The notes: a model not told the origin generated them from the letters alone. Shown: positions 45,071-56,759, counted from the first letter of the stretch. The stretch is DNA of 64,000 nucleotides from Scyliorhinus canicula (GCF_902713615.1 NC_052164.1:99347575-99411574), one strand, 5' to 3'. Numbers and translations: made by a program.

Positions 45071-48000
45071 ACCCCCCCCCCCCCCCCCCCCCCCCACCCC
45101 CCCCACCCCCCTCCCGTTGGTAGTCTGGTTTTCCCGAGAACCAACTTCCGCCCTGAGTGTCACACATTGTGCTTCACTCCATTCCGTTGCAGTTTTGGTT
45201 GTTGTCCAGGCGGGGTTGAGGAGGGGAGTGGGCTTCCTTCCTCCTCCCCTCTTCTCTTTCCCTCCTTGTTTCGCTCGGTAACTCCCTTGGGCTAGAGTCC
45301 CTTCCTTCTCTACCTTTCCCCGCCTGCTCCTCTCCGTTGTGTGTGCTCTTATTTGTTTCTTTATAGAAGTCTGCCGGGAACCCATTGGGTCCCAGCACCT
45401 TCCCTGCCTGCATGGAACTGATGCTCTCCATGATCTCTCCCAATCCTATTGGTGCTTCCAGCTCCCCCGTGTATTGTCCCCCATGACTGGCATGTCCAGT
45501 CCATCGAGTCCCTGTCGGGGGGCTCGGAGGTGTACATTCCTCGGTTAGAAGGTTTCAAATGCTCGGTTGGCCTTGTTTCTTTTGGCCACCAGTCTGTCAC
45601 TGCTATTCTTCACCTACACTATCTCCCTAGTGGCTGCCTGCTTTCTCAGCTGCTGAGCCAGTAGATAGCTAGCCTTTTCTCTGTGTTCTTAGAAGGTCCC
45701 CGTGTCTGGCAGAGTTGGTGCACTGCTTTCCTGGTGGATAGCAGGATAGCAGGTTAAAGTCCATTTGTAGCTTTTTCCTCCCTGACAGAAGCACTATGGT
45801 CGGGGCCTCAGAGTATTTTCTGTCGATCTCCAGGATCGGGTCGATCAGTGTTGCCTGGCCGCCCTCTCTTCCCTATCTCTACGAGCCTTGTAGACTATAA
45901 TCTCTCTCCTAGTCACAGCCTGCCACGCCTCCCAGAACGTAGAAGGTGAGACGTCCCCGTTCCGGTTATTAGTAATGTACTCGCCAATGGCCTGTGATGT
46001 TTTCTGGCCGAAGACCTTATCGGCCAGGAGATCTGTGTCCAACCTGCATGTGGGGTGTTGGGCACAGCCCATCTCCAACCTGACATGCAGGTAATGCAGA
46101 GCATGTTTAAAGATGACTATCGCGGAGTATTCCGCACTTACTATTTCTGGAGGCACCGATTTCCCCACTGCAGGGAAGTCGATCCTGGGGTATACCTTGT
46201 AGACCGGTGAGAAGAACGAGAATTCCCTCTCATTGGGGTGCAGGAACCGCCATGGGTCAACCACCCCCATCTTCTCCATGAATGTTCCCAGCTCCCTAGC
46301 CATGCCTGTCCATTTCCCGTTCTGGGATTTGATCGGTCTGTCAGTGGGTTCTGTACACAGTTGAAGTTGCCTCCCCCCACCCCCCACCCCATGATCAGTC
46401 GGTGTGTGTCGATGTCGGGAATTTCTGCCATGGCTTTTTTTATGAAATCTGTGTCGTCCCAGTTGAGAGCGTACACATTTACCAGCAAAACCGAGGTCTG
46501 ATCAAGGGCAACACTGACCATGATGTACCGTGGCCCTGGGTCCATGACCGTCCTTGTCATTGTAAACATCGTCCTCTTACTAATCAATATAGCTACACCC
46601 CTAGCCCTCATCCCGTTCCTGCGGGATCGACCATACTTACCCGGTGGACGTGCCCCTGCACTCCAGGGTTTCCCTTTGTTTAGGGACTGAGGCACCGTCA
46701 ATTACGACGCGAGAGCGAGGTCGGTAATTAAAAGGCTTTAATCTACAGAGAACAGAACAGCATCCGAGAGAAGTGTGCTCACCACATGGAGCCTTATCCT
46801 ATATACCGTTCCTGGGGGCGTAACCAGAGGCGGAGTCCCCCAGGGTTCCAAGCCTCTTAAAGGGGCAAGGTATTACAGGTCAGGTACCGTTTACCACAGG
46901 GACCCTCCAAAGTGGCTGTTTGCGGCGCCATCTGGTTTTCTCGACCTGCGCCTTGCCTACCGAAGCCATTCCGAAAACCAAGCCTTTCTCCCCATCCTGG
47001 TGCTTTTGTGTTCCTTTTCCCCCCTGCCACACCCTCTTTCCCCCTCTCCCTGTGTCATCCCCCTCCCCACCCGCCCTGTGCATTCCCCCACCCTGTCCCT
47101 GTGCCTCTCCCCCTGCCAGGCCCTCCCTCACTACCTGCCGGGAAGTGCATCAAGACCCCCCTTTCTGTCTGTCTCCCGTGCTAGCTATCCCAGCCAATGT
47201 GGTGCCTGCCCCCCCCCCCCCTCCCTGGGGCTGATCTAGCCCCTAATTTACACCCGCTGACTATCCGTTTTCTTGGCCTGTTCCTCACCCTCATCTGCAT
47301 ATCCCTGACCTCGCCCTTCCCTGTGACCCGGTCTTTTTGATCAGAGCGAGGCAGAAAAGTCCCACACAAACATATTGAATGTTCAATAAGTCTCTATCTT
47401 TTTAGCTATCCCCCTCTGATCCACCTTCATCGCTGCCTTGCCTGCCCCTTGTACAGGCCGTTGGTCCGTATGAATTTGTTTGCCTTCGCCGGGTGTTAGA
47501 ATAGTGCTCTTTGTTCTGGTACATGACCCAGAGTCTGGCTGGGAGCAGCATACCAAATCGCACCCCGTTCCTGTACAGAGCCGATTTTGACTGATTAAAC
47601 TCGGCCTTGCGTTTTGCCAGGTCTTCCCCAATGTCTCGATAAATTTGGATTTTATGCCCTTCCCAGGTACTCGCTTTAGTCTGTCTCACCCACCTCAGGA
47701 TCCTCTCACAATCCTGGTATCGGTGCAGCTTTGCGATATCCGCCCTCGGCTGTTCTCCCGCCTTGGGTTTCGGCGTGTGCGACCTGTGTGGTCTGTTGAG
47801 CTCTGGGGGGCTGGGAAAGCTGTCTCTCCAGACGTAACCCGTCAGGTCTCTGGCCCCGATACCTTCTGGCAAGCCCACAATCCGAATGTTCTGTCATCGG
47901 GACCTGTTTTCCTGGTCCTCAACTTCCCCCTTTATGTTCCCTTGGGTCATCACCAACCTTTTCACTTCGGCTTTCTCTAGGTCATGGATTGCCCTTTCCC

Positions 48001-48457
48001 CTGCTTCCACCTTCTTCCCCAACCCGTCGATCATCTGTTGTACGGTGACCATCGCCTCTGACACCACCACCTTGACCGCCACCTGGATTTCGATCCTGAT
48101 CGCCTCTTTCATCGCGGTCAGCTCCTTCATGAGGAAGATCTTCCATCCGTCTCCAGGCGGCAAGAGGAAAACTGATGCTCAGGTTGTCCGTCTCCCTCTC
48201 TCTTGGGCGGCCGGGGCCCCCTCACCTCGTGGGTCCACCGGCTCGTCCGCCTGCTGCTCGTGGCCCTTTCTGCCATCCTGCCGTCCCTTCGAGCTCCTGT
48301 TTGCTGGCATCTGGTGTTAATCTTTTCTTCTTACCGTTGAGGTTATTTTGTCTTCGGGTTTTCGAGCAAAGTTTGCCTAAAAGTGCTTATTTGGTTCTGT
48401 TCTGGAGGTGAGCCCCCGATATGTGGCCGCTCAGCACATCATCGTCACCGGGATGCA
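44975..48457 (-). mobile_element. L1/Tx1-like LINE with 5' end, ORF1, endonuclease and start of RT; rest of ORF2 missing
   Basis: ORF1 remnants (EDQENRSR/RQNIRIVGLPEG, PPELNRPHRS, KIQIYRDIGEDLAKRKAEF). Endonuclease motifs RGVAILISKR, LVNVYA, GGNFN, VDPWRFLHP...FSFFS...RIDF. RT start GKVLGPNGFPADFYK. Many frameshifts. Confidence 0.88.
46688..46898 (-). mobile_element. Solo LTR (211 bp) of a related Gypsy family inserted in an L1-like endonuclease region
   Basis: TG...CA termini and a 5-bp TSD GGGAC at 46683-87 and 46899-903. Layout resembles the LTRs at 52685 and 57942 (tga.gc.c..tcaatt start, ggcttta motif, TATA on -). Confidence 0.88.
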
Positions 48458-48474
48458 GTTTTGACTATTTTCAG

Positions 48475-48713
48475 GGGCAGCACGGTGGTGCAGTGGTTAG
48501 CACTGCTGCCTCACGGCGCTGAGGTCCCAGGTTCGATCCCGGCTCTGGGTCACTGTCCGTGTGGAGTTTGCACATTCTCCCCGTGTTTGCATGGGTTTCA
48601 CCCCCACAACCCAATGATGTGCAGGGTAGGTGGGGTGGCCACGCTAAATTGCCCCTTAATTGGAAAAAATGAATTGGGTAATCTAAATTTATTTAAAAAA
48701 AGAAAGAAAAAAA
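48475..48713 (+). mobile_element. Short V-SINE subfamily
   Basis: TSD gttttgactattttcag at 48458-74 and 48714-30. Confidence 0.9.
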
Positions 48714-48826
48714 GTTTTGACTATTTTCAGGATTCACTCCGAAGCATCATGACCTTGATCAATGGGCGTGTCGCCCATTGATCAAGGTCATGATGCTTCG
48801 GAGTGAATCCTGAAAATAGTCAAAAC
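48714..48826. repeat. Perfect 55-bp-arm palindrome with a 3-nt loop (TGT, 48769-71)
   Basis: gttttgactattttcaggattcactccgaagcatcatgaccttgatcaatgggcg, then its exact reverse complement. Confidence 0.97.
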
Positions 48827-49034
48827 GTTTTTCTTTCTTTTTTTTAATAAATTTAGATTACCCAATTCATTTTTTTCCAATCAAGGGGCAATTTAGCGAG
48901 GCTGATTCACCTACCCTGCACATCCAACGCAGACACAGGGAGAATGTGCAAACTCCACACAGACAGGCCGGGATCGAGATCGGGTCCTCAGCGCCATGAG
49001 GCAGCAGTGCTAACCACTGCGCCACAATGCTGCC
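48827..49034 (-). mobile_element. Short V-SINE subfamily, diverged copy with internal deletions
   Basis: Inverse of 48475-48713; the tail is nearly identical to it while the head region is diverged. Confidence 0.85.
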
Positions 49035-49237
49035 GGTCCTGGTCTTTATGTAGAGGTTTATTTATTGAGTGCGATATGGGAGAGAACTAATTTATTTTTC
49101 CATCTAAAAGAAAACTCTATTTACTTACACTTCAGAAACTAAAACCAAGTCTCTTAACCTCTTCCTATTTTTCTACGATGAAGAACTTCATTCTTCTCTC
49201 ATTAATATAATTACATAAATCCCCTTATTACTTAAAA

Positions 49238-49926
49238 CAGGGGTGTCAAACTCAAATACACCGTGGGCCAAAATTTAAAAATCGGGACAAGTCGAGGGCC
49301 GGACTCGTTCAATGTTTTTTTGCAAAACTTATTGAAATGAACTTATTGAACCTGGAACTAATAAAGCTTAGCTTATTGCCTATAAAAACAACATTAAATA
49401 TTAAATAAATAAAAAAATTTGTTGCATTTATTTCTTATTGCTTTATCTGGAGCTTTTCCAGAGTAATTTCTAATGAAAACATTTTTCCACAGGCCAACAC
49501 TTTGTGATTCACACAATACCTGAATAAACTCGGCACCAGCCATATCATACGCCATAGGCGCTTCAATTGCTGGGGCCAGCTTTAATAGTAATTAGATATT
49601 ATTAGGGCAGCACGGTGGCCTAGTGGTTAGCACAACCGCCTCACGGCGCTGAGGTCCCAGGTTCGATCCCGGCTCTGGGTCACTGTCCATGTGGAGTTTG
49701 CACATTCTCCCCGTGTCTGCGTGGGTTTCGCCCCCACAACCCAAAAATGTGCAGAGTAGGTGGATTGGCCACGCTAAATTGCCCCTTAATTGGAAAAAAT
49801 AATTGGCTAATCTAAATAAAAAAAAATTAAAATTAAAAAAAAAGTAATTAGATATTATCTCGCGGGCCAAAGATAATTCCACCGCGGGCCGGATTTGGCC
49901 CGCGGGCCTTGAGTTTGACATATATG
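49238..49926. mobile_element. Non-autonomous hAT (Charlie-like) DNA transposon with a nested SINE
   Basis: TIR caggggtgtcaaactca / tgagtttgacatatatg and an 8-bp TSD ACTTAAAA at 49230-37 and 49927-34. Confidence 0.9.
49604..49843 (+). mobile_element. Short V-SINE nested in the hAT element
   Basis: TSD agtaattagatattat on both sides. Confidence 0.88.
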
Positions 49927-49989
49927 ACTTAAAAGATGTATTTTGATGATCCCCATATTATTTTCACAGATTAATTTAAGTAACAGTCG

Positions 49990-51385
49990 TTCATTTGGCC
50001 GAGTGTAGCATCGAGGAGCCCTAGCAAAACTGCAGTCAATGAGAATGGAGGGAAAGCTCTGTTGGTTGGAGTCATACCTGGCACAAAGGAAGCTGGCTGT
50101 GGTTGCTGGTTGGAGTCATACCTGGCACAAAGGAAGCTGGCTGTGGTTGCTGGTTGGAGGTTAGCCATCCCAATTCCAGGATATCACTGCAGCAATTCCT
50201 CGGGGTAGTGTCCTAGGCCCAACCATCTTCAACTGCTTCATCATCGACCTTCCTTCCATCATAAGGTCAGAAGTGGGGATGTTCACAGATGATAGCACAA
50301 TGTTCAGCAACATTTGCGACTCCTCAGATACTGAAACAGTTCACATCAAAATGCAGCCAGACCTGGTCAATATTCAGGCTTGGGCTGATAAGTGGAAAGT
50401 AACATTTGCGTCACACAAATGCCAGGCAATGACCATCTCCAACAAGAGAGAACCTAACCAACGTCCCTGACATTCAATAGCACTACCATTACTAAATCCT
50501 CTACTATCAACATCCTGGGGTTTACCAGGAACTGAACTGGACTAGCTGTATAGACAACAGCAGGTCAGAGGTTAGGAATCTTGTGGCGACTTCCCAAAGC
50601 CTGTCCGCCATCCACAAGGCACAAGTCAGGAGTGTGGTGAAATACTCTGCACTTGCCTGAATGAGTGCAGCTCCAGCAACACTCAAGAAGCTTGACCCCG
50701 ATGTGATGCGGCAGCACGGTAGCATTGTGGTTAGCACAATTGCTTCACAGCTCCAGGGTCCCAAGTTCGATTCTGGCTTGGGTCACTGTCTGTGCGGAGT
50801 CTGCACGTCCTCCCCCTGTGTGCGTGGGTTTCCTCCGGGTGCTCCAGTTTCCTCCCACAGTCCAAAGATGTGCAGGTTACGTGGATTGGCCATGATAAAT
50901 TGTCCTTAGTGTCCAAAATTGCCCTTAGTGTTGGGTGGGGTTACTGGGTTATGGGGATAGGGTGGAGGTGTTGACCTTGGGTAGGGTGCTCTTTCCAGGA
51001 GCCGGTGCGGACTCGATGGGCCGAATGGCCTCCTTCTGCACTGTAAATTCTATGATGTCTATGATGACACAATCCAGGACAAAGCAGCCCACTCAATTAT
51101 CATCCCTTCCACAAATATTCACTCCGTCCACCACCAACGCACTGTGTGCACCATCTACAAGATGCACTGCAGGAACTCACCAAGGCTCCTTAGGCAGCAT
51201 CTAGAAGTTCCCCTCCAAGTAACTCATCGTCCTGACTTGGAAATACACCGTCATACTTACAGCACGGTGGGTGCACCTACACTACAGAGACTACAGTGTT
51301 TCAAGAAGGCAGCTCACCACCCCTTTCTCAAAGGCAATTAGCGATGCACAATAAATGCTGGTCGAGCCAACATCCCATGAATGAA
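49990..51385 (+). mobile_element. CR1/L2-type LINE RT 3' portion, interrupted by a SINE at 50709-51062
   Basis: GMFTDDSTMF (RT catalytic FxDD) and IQAWADKWKVTF..HKCQAMTISNKR; tail acaataaatgctgg. Contains a 44-bp tandem duplication at about 50073-50160. Confidence 0.85.
50709..51062 (+). mobile_element. HE1-like V-SINE nested in a LINE
   Basis: Family match. Confidence 0.9.
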
Positions 51386-51759
51386 TGAAAAATAAATGCC
51401 CATTTTTGTATTTATTTAGCTATGTACCTTGCTGCAGTGGGTAATGAAGGAACAACTTATTTATTTTTTGTGAACTAACCAATTGCATTGTTATTGAGAT
51501 GAGAACATGAGAGATAGGAGCAGGAATAGGCCACATGGTTCTACAAGACTATACCGCCAAACAATAAGATCATAACTGATCTTGGAGAGGGAATTGATGA
51601 CATGGATCGGGGTAATGGGGACCCCGATGTGATGTGGGGGTGGTGGGAGTGTGGCAGCCTATGACTGGGGAAGGAGGGTGTAGGGAGAAAGGGGAAGAGG
51701 GATGAAGAAACCGGGGGTGGGAGGGGGACAGGCTGTGATTAGGGGATTGGGGAGAGCGG

Positions 51760-52159
51760 AAGGGGATCTCAGACTGTGATCAGCAGAGGCCAGGGTCTCA
51801 GAATGTGATTAGTGGAGGACGGAGCTCTCAGCCTGTGATTGGGGGAGGGAGTGGGGTCTCAGCCTGTGATTGGGGGAGGGAGTGGGGTCTCAGGCTGTGA
51901 TTGGGGGAGGGAGTGGGGTCTCAGGCTGTGATTGGGGGAGGGTGGGGGGTCAGGCTGTGATTGGGGGAGGGTGGGGGGACAGGCTGTGATTGGGGGAGGG
52001 TGGGGGGTCAGGCTGTGATTGGGGGAGGGAGTGGGGTCTCAGGCTGTGATTGGGGGAGGGTGGGGGGTCAGGCTGTGATTGGGGGAGGGTGGGGGACAGG
52101 CTGTGATTGGGGGAGGGTGGGGGGTCAGGCTGTGACTGGGGGAGGGAGGGGGTCAGGCT
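51760..52159 (+). repeat. G-rich minisatellite (~30 bp; ctcaggctgtgattgggggagggaggggt), block 1
   Basis: Direct inspection. Confidence 0.93.
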
Positions 52160-52684
52160 GTCCACATTAACCCTTACCAACTTTTACAGATGCACCACAG
52201 AAAGCATCCTCTCGGGCTGCATCACAGCCTGGTATGGCAACTGCTCGGCCCAGGACCGCAAGAAACTTCATGGAGTCGTCAACACCGTCCAGTCCATCAC
52301 ACAAACATGCCTCCCATCCATTGACTCCATCTACACCTCCCGTTGCCTGGGGAAAGCGGGCAGCATAATCAAAGACCCCTCCCACCCGGCTTACTCACTC
52401 TTCCAACTTCTTCCATCGGGCAAGAGATACAGAAGTCTGAGAACACCCACGAACAGACTCAAAAACAGCTTCTTCCCCACTGTCGCCAGACTCCTAAATG
52501 ATCCTCTTGTGGACTGACCTCATTAACACTACACCCTGCATGCTTCACCCGATGCCGGTGTTATGTAGTTACATTGTATATCTTGTGTTGCCCTATTATG
52601 TATTTTCTTTTATTCCCTTTTCTTCCCATGTACTTAATGATCTGTTGAGCTGCTCGTAGAAAAATACTTTTCACTGTACCTCGG
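52160..52684 (+). mobile_element. Rex1/Babar-type LINE 3' fragment, copy 1 (tail cut by the Gypsy LTR)
   Basis: NFYRCTTESILSGCITAWYGNC..DRKKL..IIKDPSHPAYSLFQLLPSGKRYRS..RLKNSFFP. Confidence 0.9.
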
Positions 52685-52926
52685 TGATGCGCTATCAATT
52701 GCACTTAAAGACTCGAATCGGTACAAGAGAGGCTTTATTACAGTGAGATATTTACCCTCCGACTGCAGCTGGTAAAATGGCAGCTCAGGAGAACTCATAC
52801 ATATTTATACGGCTCCCTGTGGGTGGAGCTAGCCGGCTAGGGCTACCGACAAACCTGTAATACAGGTACTGCTGTACATCCCCTAATACAGGCACACCCA
52901 CAATTACACAGTGGTGGATCACCACA
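52685..52926 (-). repeat. 3' LTR of the Gypsy element (242 bp)
   Basis: Starts tgatgcgctatcaattg and ends ggatcaccaca on +. Homologous to 57942-58142 and preceded by a PPT on the - strand. Confidence 0.92.
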
Positions 52927-53048
52927 TTCACTCCCTGTTAAAAATGAGTCCGGCGCGGGTGAGTTGGAACTATATACAGAATCTGTGAATTATTTACAGA
53001 GGGGAGGGGGAAAAAAAATTAAGTGTCCATCTTGCAACCCGGTGCCCG

Positions 53049-56000
53049 TCAGAGGTTAAGTCTGTCCGGTGGTCTGACGGTTTGTTGGGAGCGACGCAAC
53101 AGTGGTGGCGACGTCTGTACTGGCGGTGTCGACGGCGTCGGTGCTGGCGGTGTTGGCGTCGACGGCATCGGTGCTGGCGGTGTTAGTGTTGGCGGTGTTG
53201 GTGCTGGCGGTGTTGGTGCTGGCGGTGTTGGTGCTGGCGGTGTTGGTGCTGGCGGTGTTGGTGCTGGCGGTGTTGGTGCTAGCGGTGTTGGTGCTGGCGC
53301 TGTTGGTGCTGGCGGTGTTGGTGCTGGCGGTGTTGGTGCTGGCGGTGTTGGTGCTGGCGGTGTTGGCGGTGTTAGTGTTGGCGGTGTTGGTGCTGGCGGT
53401 GTTGGTGTTGGCGGTGTTGGTGCTGGCGGTGTTGGTGCTGGCGGTGTTGGTGCTGGCGGTGTTGGTGCTGGCGGTGTTGGTGCTGGCGGTGTTGGTGCTG
53501 GCGGTGTTGGTGCTGGCGGTGTTGGTGTTGCCGGTGTTGGTGCTGGCGGTGTTGGTGTTGGTGGTGTTGGTGCTGGCGGTGTTGGTGCTGGCGGTGTTGG
53601 TGCTGGCGGTGTTGGTGCTGGCGGTGTTGGTGCTGGCGGTGTTGGTGCTGGCGGTGTTGGTGCTGGCGGTGTTGGTGCTGGCGGTGTTGGTGCTGGCGGT
53701 GTTGGTGCTGGCGGTGTTGGTGCTGGCGGTGTTGGTGCTGGCGGTGTTGGTGCTGGCGGTGTTGGTGCTGGCGGTGTTGGTGCTGGCGGTGTTGGTGCTA
53801 GCGGTGTTGGTGCTGGCGGTGTTGGTGCTGGCGGTGTTGGTGCTGGCGGTGTTGGTGCTGGCGGTGTTGGTGCTGGCGGTGTTGGTGCTGGCGGTGTCGG
53901 TGCTGGCGGTGTCGGTGCTGGCGGTGTTGGTGCTGGTGGTGTTGGTGCTGGCGGTGTTGGTGCTGGCGGTGTTGGTGCTGGCGGTGTTGGTGCTAGCGGT
54001 GTTGGTGCTGGCAGTGTTGGTGCTGGCCAGTGGCTGGATGACTCCGGGGGCGTGCCGAAATCTTCCATGTCCTCTAGCGTGGGCAGGGGAAGGAGGGATG
54101 GACCTGGTGGGGCTGATACTGGGAGCGTCGGGGGAGGGGAGGGTGGCGCGTGGGTGGGGAGGTGTGTGGGAGTGGGATCGGCACCCGAGGGAGCCAGGTC
54201 CCTGAGTGAGACCGTATCCTGCCGGCCGTCGGGGAACTCCACGTAGGCATACTGGGGGTTTGCGTGGAGCAGGCATACCCTGTCCACCAAGGGGTCCGCC
54301 TTGTGGAGTCGGACATGCCTACGCAGTAGAACCGGCCCTGGAGCCGCGAGCCAAGTTGGGAGCGACACCCCAGATGAGGACTTCCTAGAGAAGGTAAAAA
54401 CACGTTCATGGGTGTGTTATTGGGGGCAGTGCACAGTAGAGACCGGATGGAGTGCAATGCATCCGGGAGGACCTGCTGCCAGCGAGCAGCTGGGAGGTTC
54501 CTGGACCGTAGGGCCAGCTGGATGGCCCTCCAAACCGTCCCATTCTCCCTCTCTACCTGCCCATTTCCCCGGGGGTTGTAGCTGGTCGTCCTGCTGGAGG
54601 CGATACCCCTGCTGAGCAGGAACTGACGCAGCTCATCGCTCATGAATGAGGATCCCCTGTCGCTGTGGATGTAGGCGGGGAAACCGAACAGAGCGAATAT
54701 GGAATTGAGGGCCTTGATGACGTTGGCAGACGTCATATCCGGGCATGGGATGGCGAATGGGAACCTAGAGAATTCATCGACCACACTAAGGATATATGTG
54801 TTGCGGTCGGTGGAGGGGAGGGGCCCTTTGAAATCCACACTGAGGCGTTCAAAGGGGCGGGACGCTTTCACCAGGCGCGCGCGGTCTGGCCGGTAGAAGT
54901 GCGGCTTGCACTCCGCACAGACCTGGCAGTCTCTGGTGACTGTCCGTACTTCCTCGACGGAGTAGGGCAGATAACGGGCTTTGACGAGGTGGTACAACCG
55001 AGTGACCCCCGGATGGCAAAGGCTGTCGTGCAGGGCACAAAGCTGGTCTACTTGTGCGCTGGCACATGTACCTCGGGAGAGGGCGTCTGGGGGCTCGTTG
55101 AGCTTTCCGGGGCGATACAAGATCTCGTAATTATAGGTGGAGAGCTCGATTCTCCACCGCAAGATTTTATCATTTTTGATCTTGCTCCGCTGCGTGTTGT
55201 TGAACATGAAGGCTACCGACCGTTGGTCTGTGAGGAGAGTGAATCCCCTGCCGGCCAGGTAATGCCTCCAGTGCCGCACCGCTTCAACGATTGCCTGGGC
55301 CTCCTTTTCAACGGACGAATGTCGAATTTCGGAGGCCAGGAGGGTGCGGGAAAAGAATGCCACGGGTCTGCCTGCCTGGTTCAGCGTGGTGGCGAGGGTG
55401 ACGTCTGAAGCATCGCTTTCTACTTGAAAGGGCAGTGTCTCGTCTACTGCATGCATCCCGGCCTTGGCTATGTCTGCTCTAATACGGGCAAAGGCCTGTT
55501 GTGCCTTGGCCGTGAGGGGAAATTGTGTCGACTGTATCAGTGGGCGGGCCTTGTCCGCAAATTGTGGGACCCACTGGGCGTAGTAGGAGAAGAGCCCATG
55601 GCAGCGTTTGAGGGCCTTGGGGCAGTGGGGGAGGGAGAGCTCCATGAGGGGGCGCATGTGGTTGGGATCGGGCCCCAGCAGTCCGTTTTGGACTACGTAG
55701 CCGAGGATGGCCAAACGGCCTGTGCGGAACACGCACTTCTCCTTGTTGTAAGTTAGGTTGAGGAGAAATGCAGTGTGGAGAAATTTGGCAAGGTTGGCAT
55801 CGTAGTCCTGCTGGTCATGGCCGCAGATGGTGACATTATCTAAGTACGGAAATGTGGCCCGCAGTCCGTACCGGTCAACCATTCGGTCCATTTCTCTTTG
55901 GAATACCGAGACCCCGTTCGTGACGCCGAAGGGAACCCTAAGGAATTGATAGAGGCGACCGTCCGCCTTGAAGGCAGTGTAGGGACGGTCCGATTTGCGG

Positions 56001-56182
56001 ATGGGGAGCTGGTGGTAGGCGGATTTAAGGTCAATCGTCGAGAAGACCCGGTACTGTGCAATCTGATTGACCATATCAGAAATGCGGGGGAGGGGGTACA
56101 CGTCGAGCTGCGTGTACCGATTGATGGTCTGGCTGTAGTCCACAACCATCCTGCGTTTCTCCCCAGTTTTAACCACTACCAC
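53049..56182 (-). pseudogene. Gypsy pol: RT, RNase H, integrase and proline-rich tail (one frameshift near 54420)
   Basis: RT (YPLPRISD, IDLKSAYHQ, PFGVTNG, YLDN), RNase H (ESDASD, VEKEAQAI, TDQ), integrase HHCC (HDSLCH...CQVCAEC) and D-D-E (VDFKG, HSDRG, VEREN). The tail ORF 53049-54368 ends [16 protein letters not shown]. Confidence 0.93.
53121..54027 (-). repeat. 15-bp tandem repeat (ggtgttggtgctggc) x ~60, in frame in the pol tail, encoding (PAPTP)n
   Basis: Direct inspection; explains the overlapping 400-aa low-complexity ORFs in four frames. Confidence 0.97.
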
Positions 56183-56316
56183 TTGGGCTCTCCAGGGGCT
56201 GTTGCTGGCCTTGATAATACCCTCCCAAAGCAGCCGCTGGACTTCGGACCTGATGAAGGTCTTGTCCTGGGTGCTGTACCGTCTGCTCCTGGTGGCGACA
56301 GGCTTGCAATCTGCAG

Positions 56317-56759
56317 TCAGATTGGCAAAGAGGGAGGGGGGTCAACCTTGAGGGTCGCAAGGCCGCAAATGGTGAGTGGGGGTAGGGGCCCGCCGAATTT
56401 GAGGGTGAGACTCTGGAGGTTACATTGAAAATCCAGGCCTAGTAATAGTGTAACACGTACAGGGGAGAACGTACAGGCGGAAACCGCTGAATTTAACGCC
56501 TTTCTCGGTGAGGTTGACCACACAGAAACCCCGGATCGGGACAGAGTGGGATCCGGCAGCCAGGGAGATCCGCTGATTGGCGGGATGGGAGGGAGCAGCG
56601 CCTTACCATGTCCGGGTGGATGAAGCTATCGGTGCTCCCGGAGTCTAGTAGGCAGGAGGTCACGTGGCCGTTGATTAGCACCATCGTCGAAGCGGTAGCC
56701 AGGTTGTGAGGACGGGACTGGTCCAGCGTCATGGAGACGAGCAGCGGGCAATCGTCCAA
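56317..56759 (-). pseudogene. Gypsy aspartic protease region (frameshifted)
   Basis: VLINGHVTSCLLDSGSTDSFIHPD contains the retroviral protease D(S/T)G motif; continues ...LLLGLDFQCNLQSLTLKFGG in another frame. Confidence 0.85.

Noticed and set aside
45040-45115. Very long poly-C/G runs (also at 2884-2920, 18176-18200 and 34097-34122)
   Set aside because: Homopolymer expansions within repeats whose lengths are unreliable in assemblies; the poly-Pro/Gly ORFs are meaningless.
53023-54276. Elastin-like (GVGAG)n, (VLAVL)n and (TNTAS)n ORFs
   Set aside because: Alternative frames of the 15-bp repeat; only the PAPTP frame is continuous with pol.
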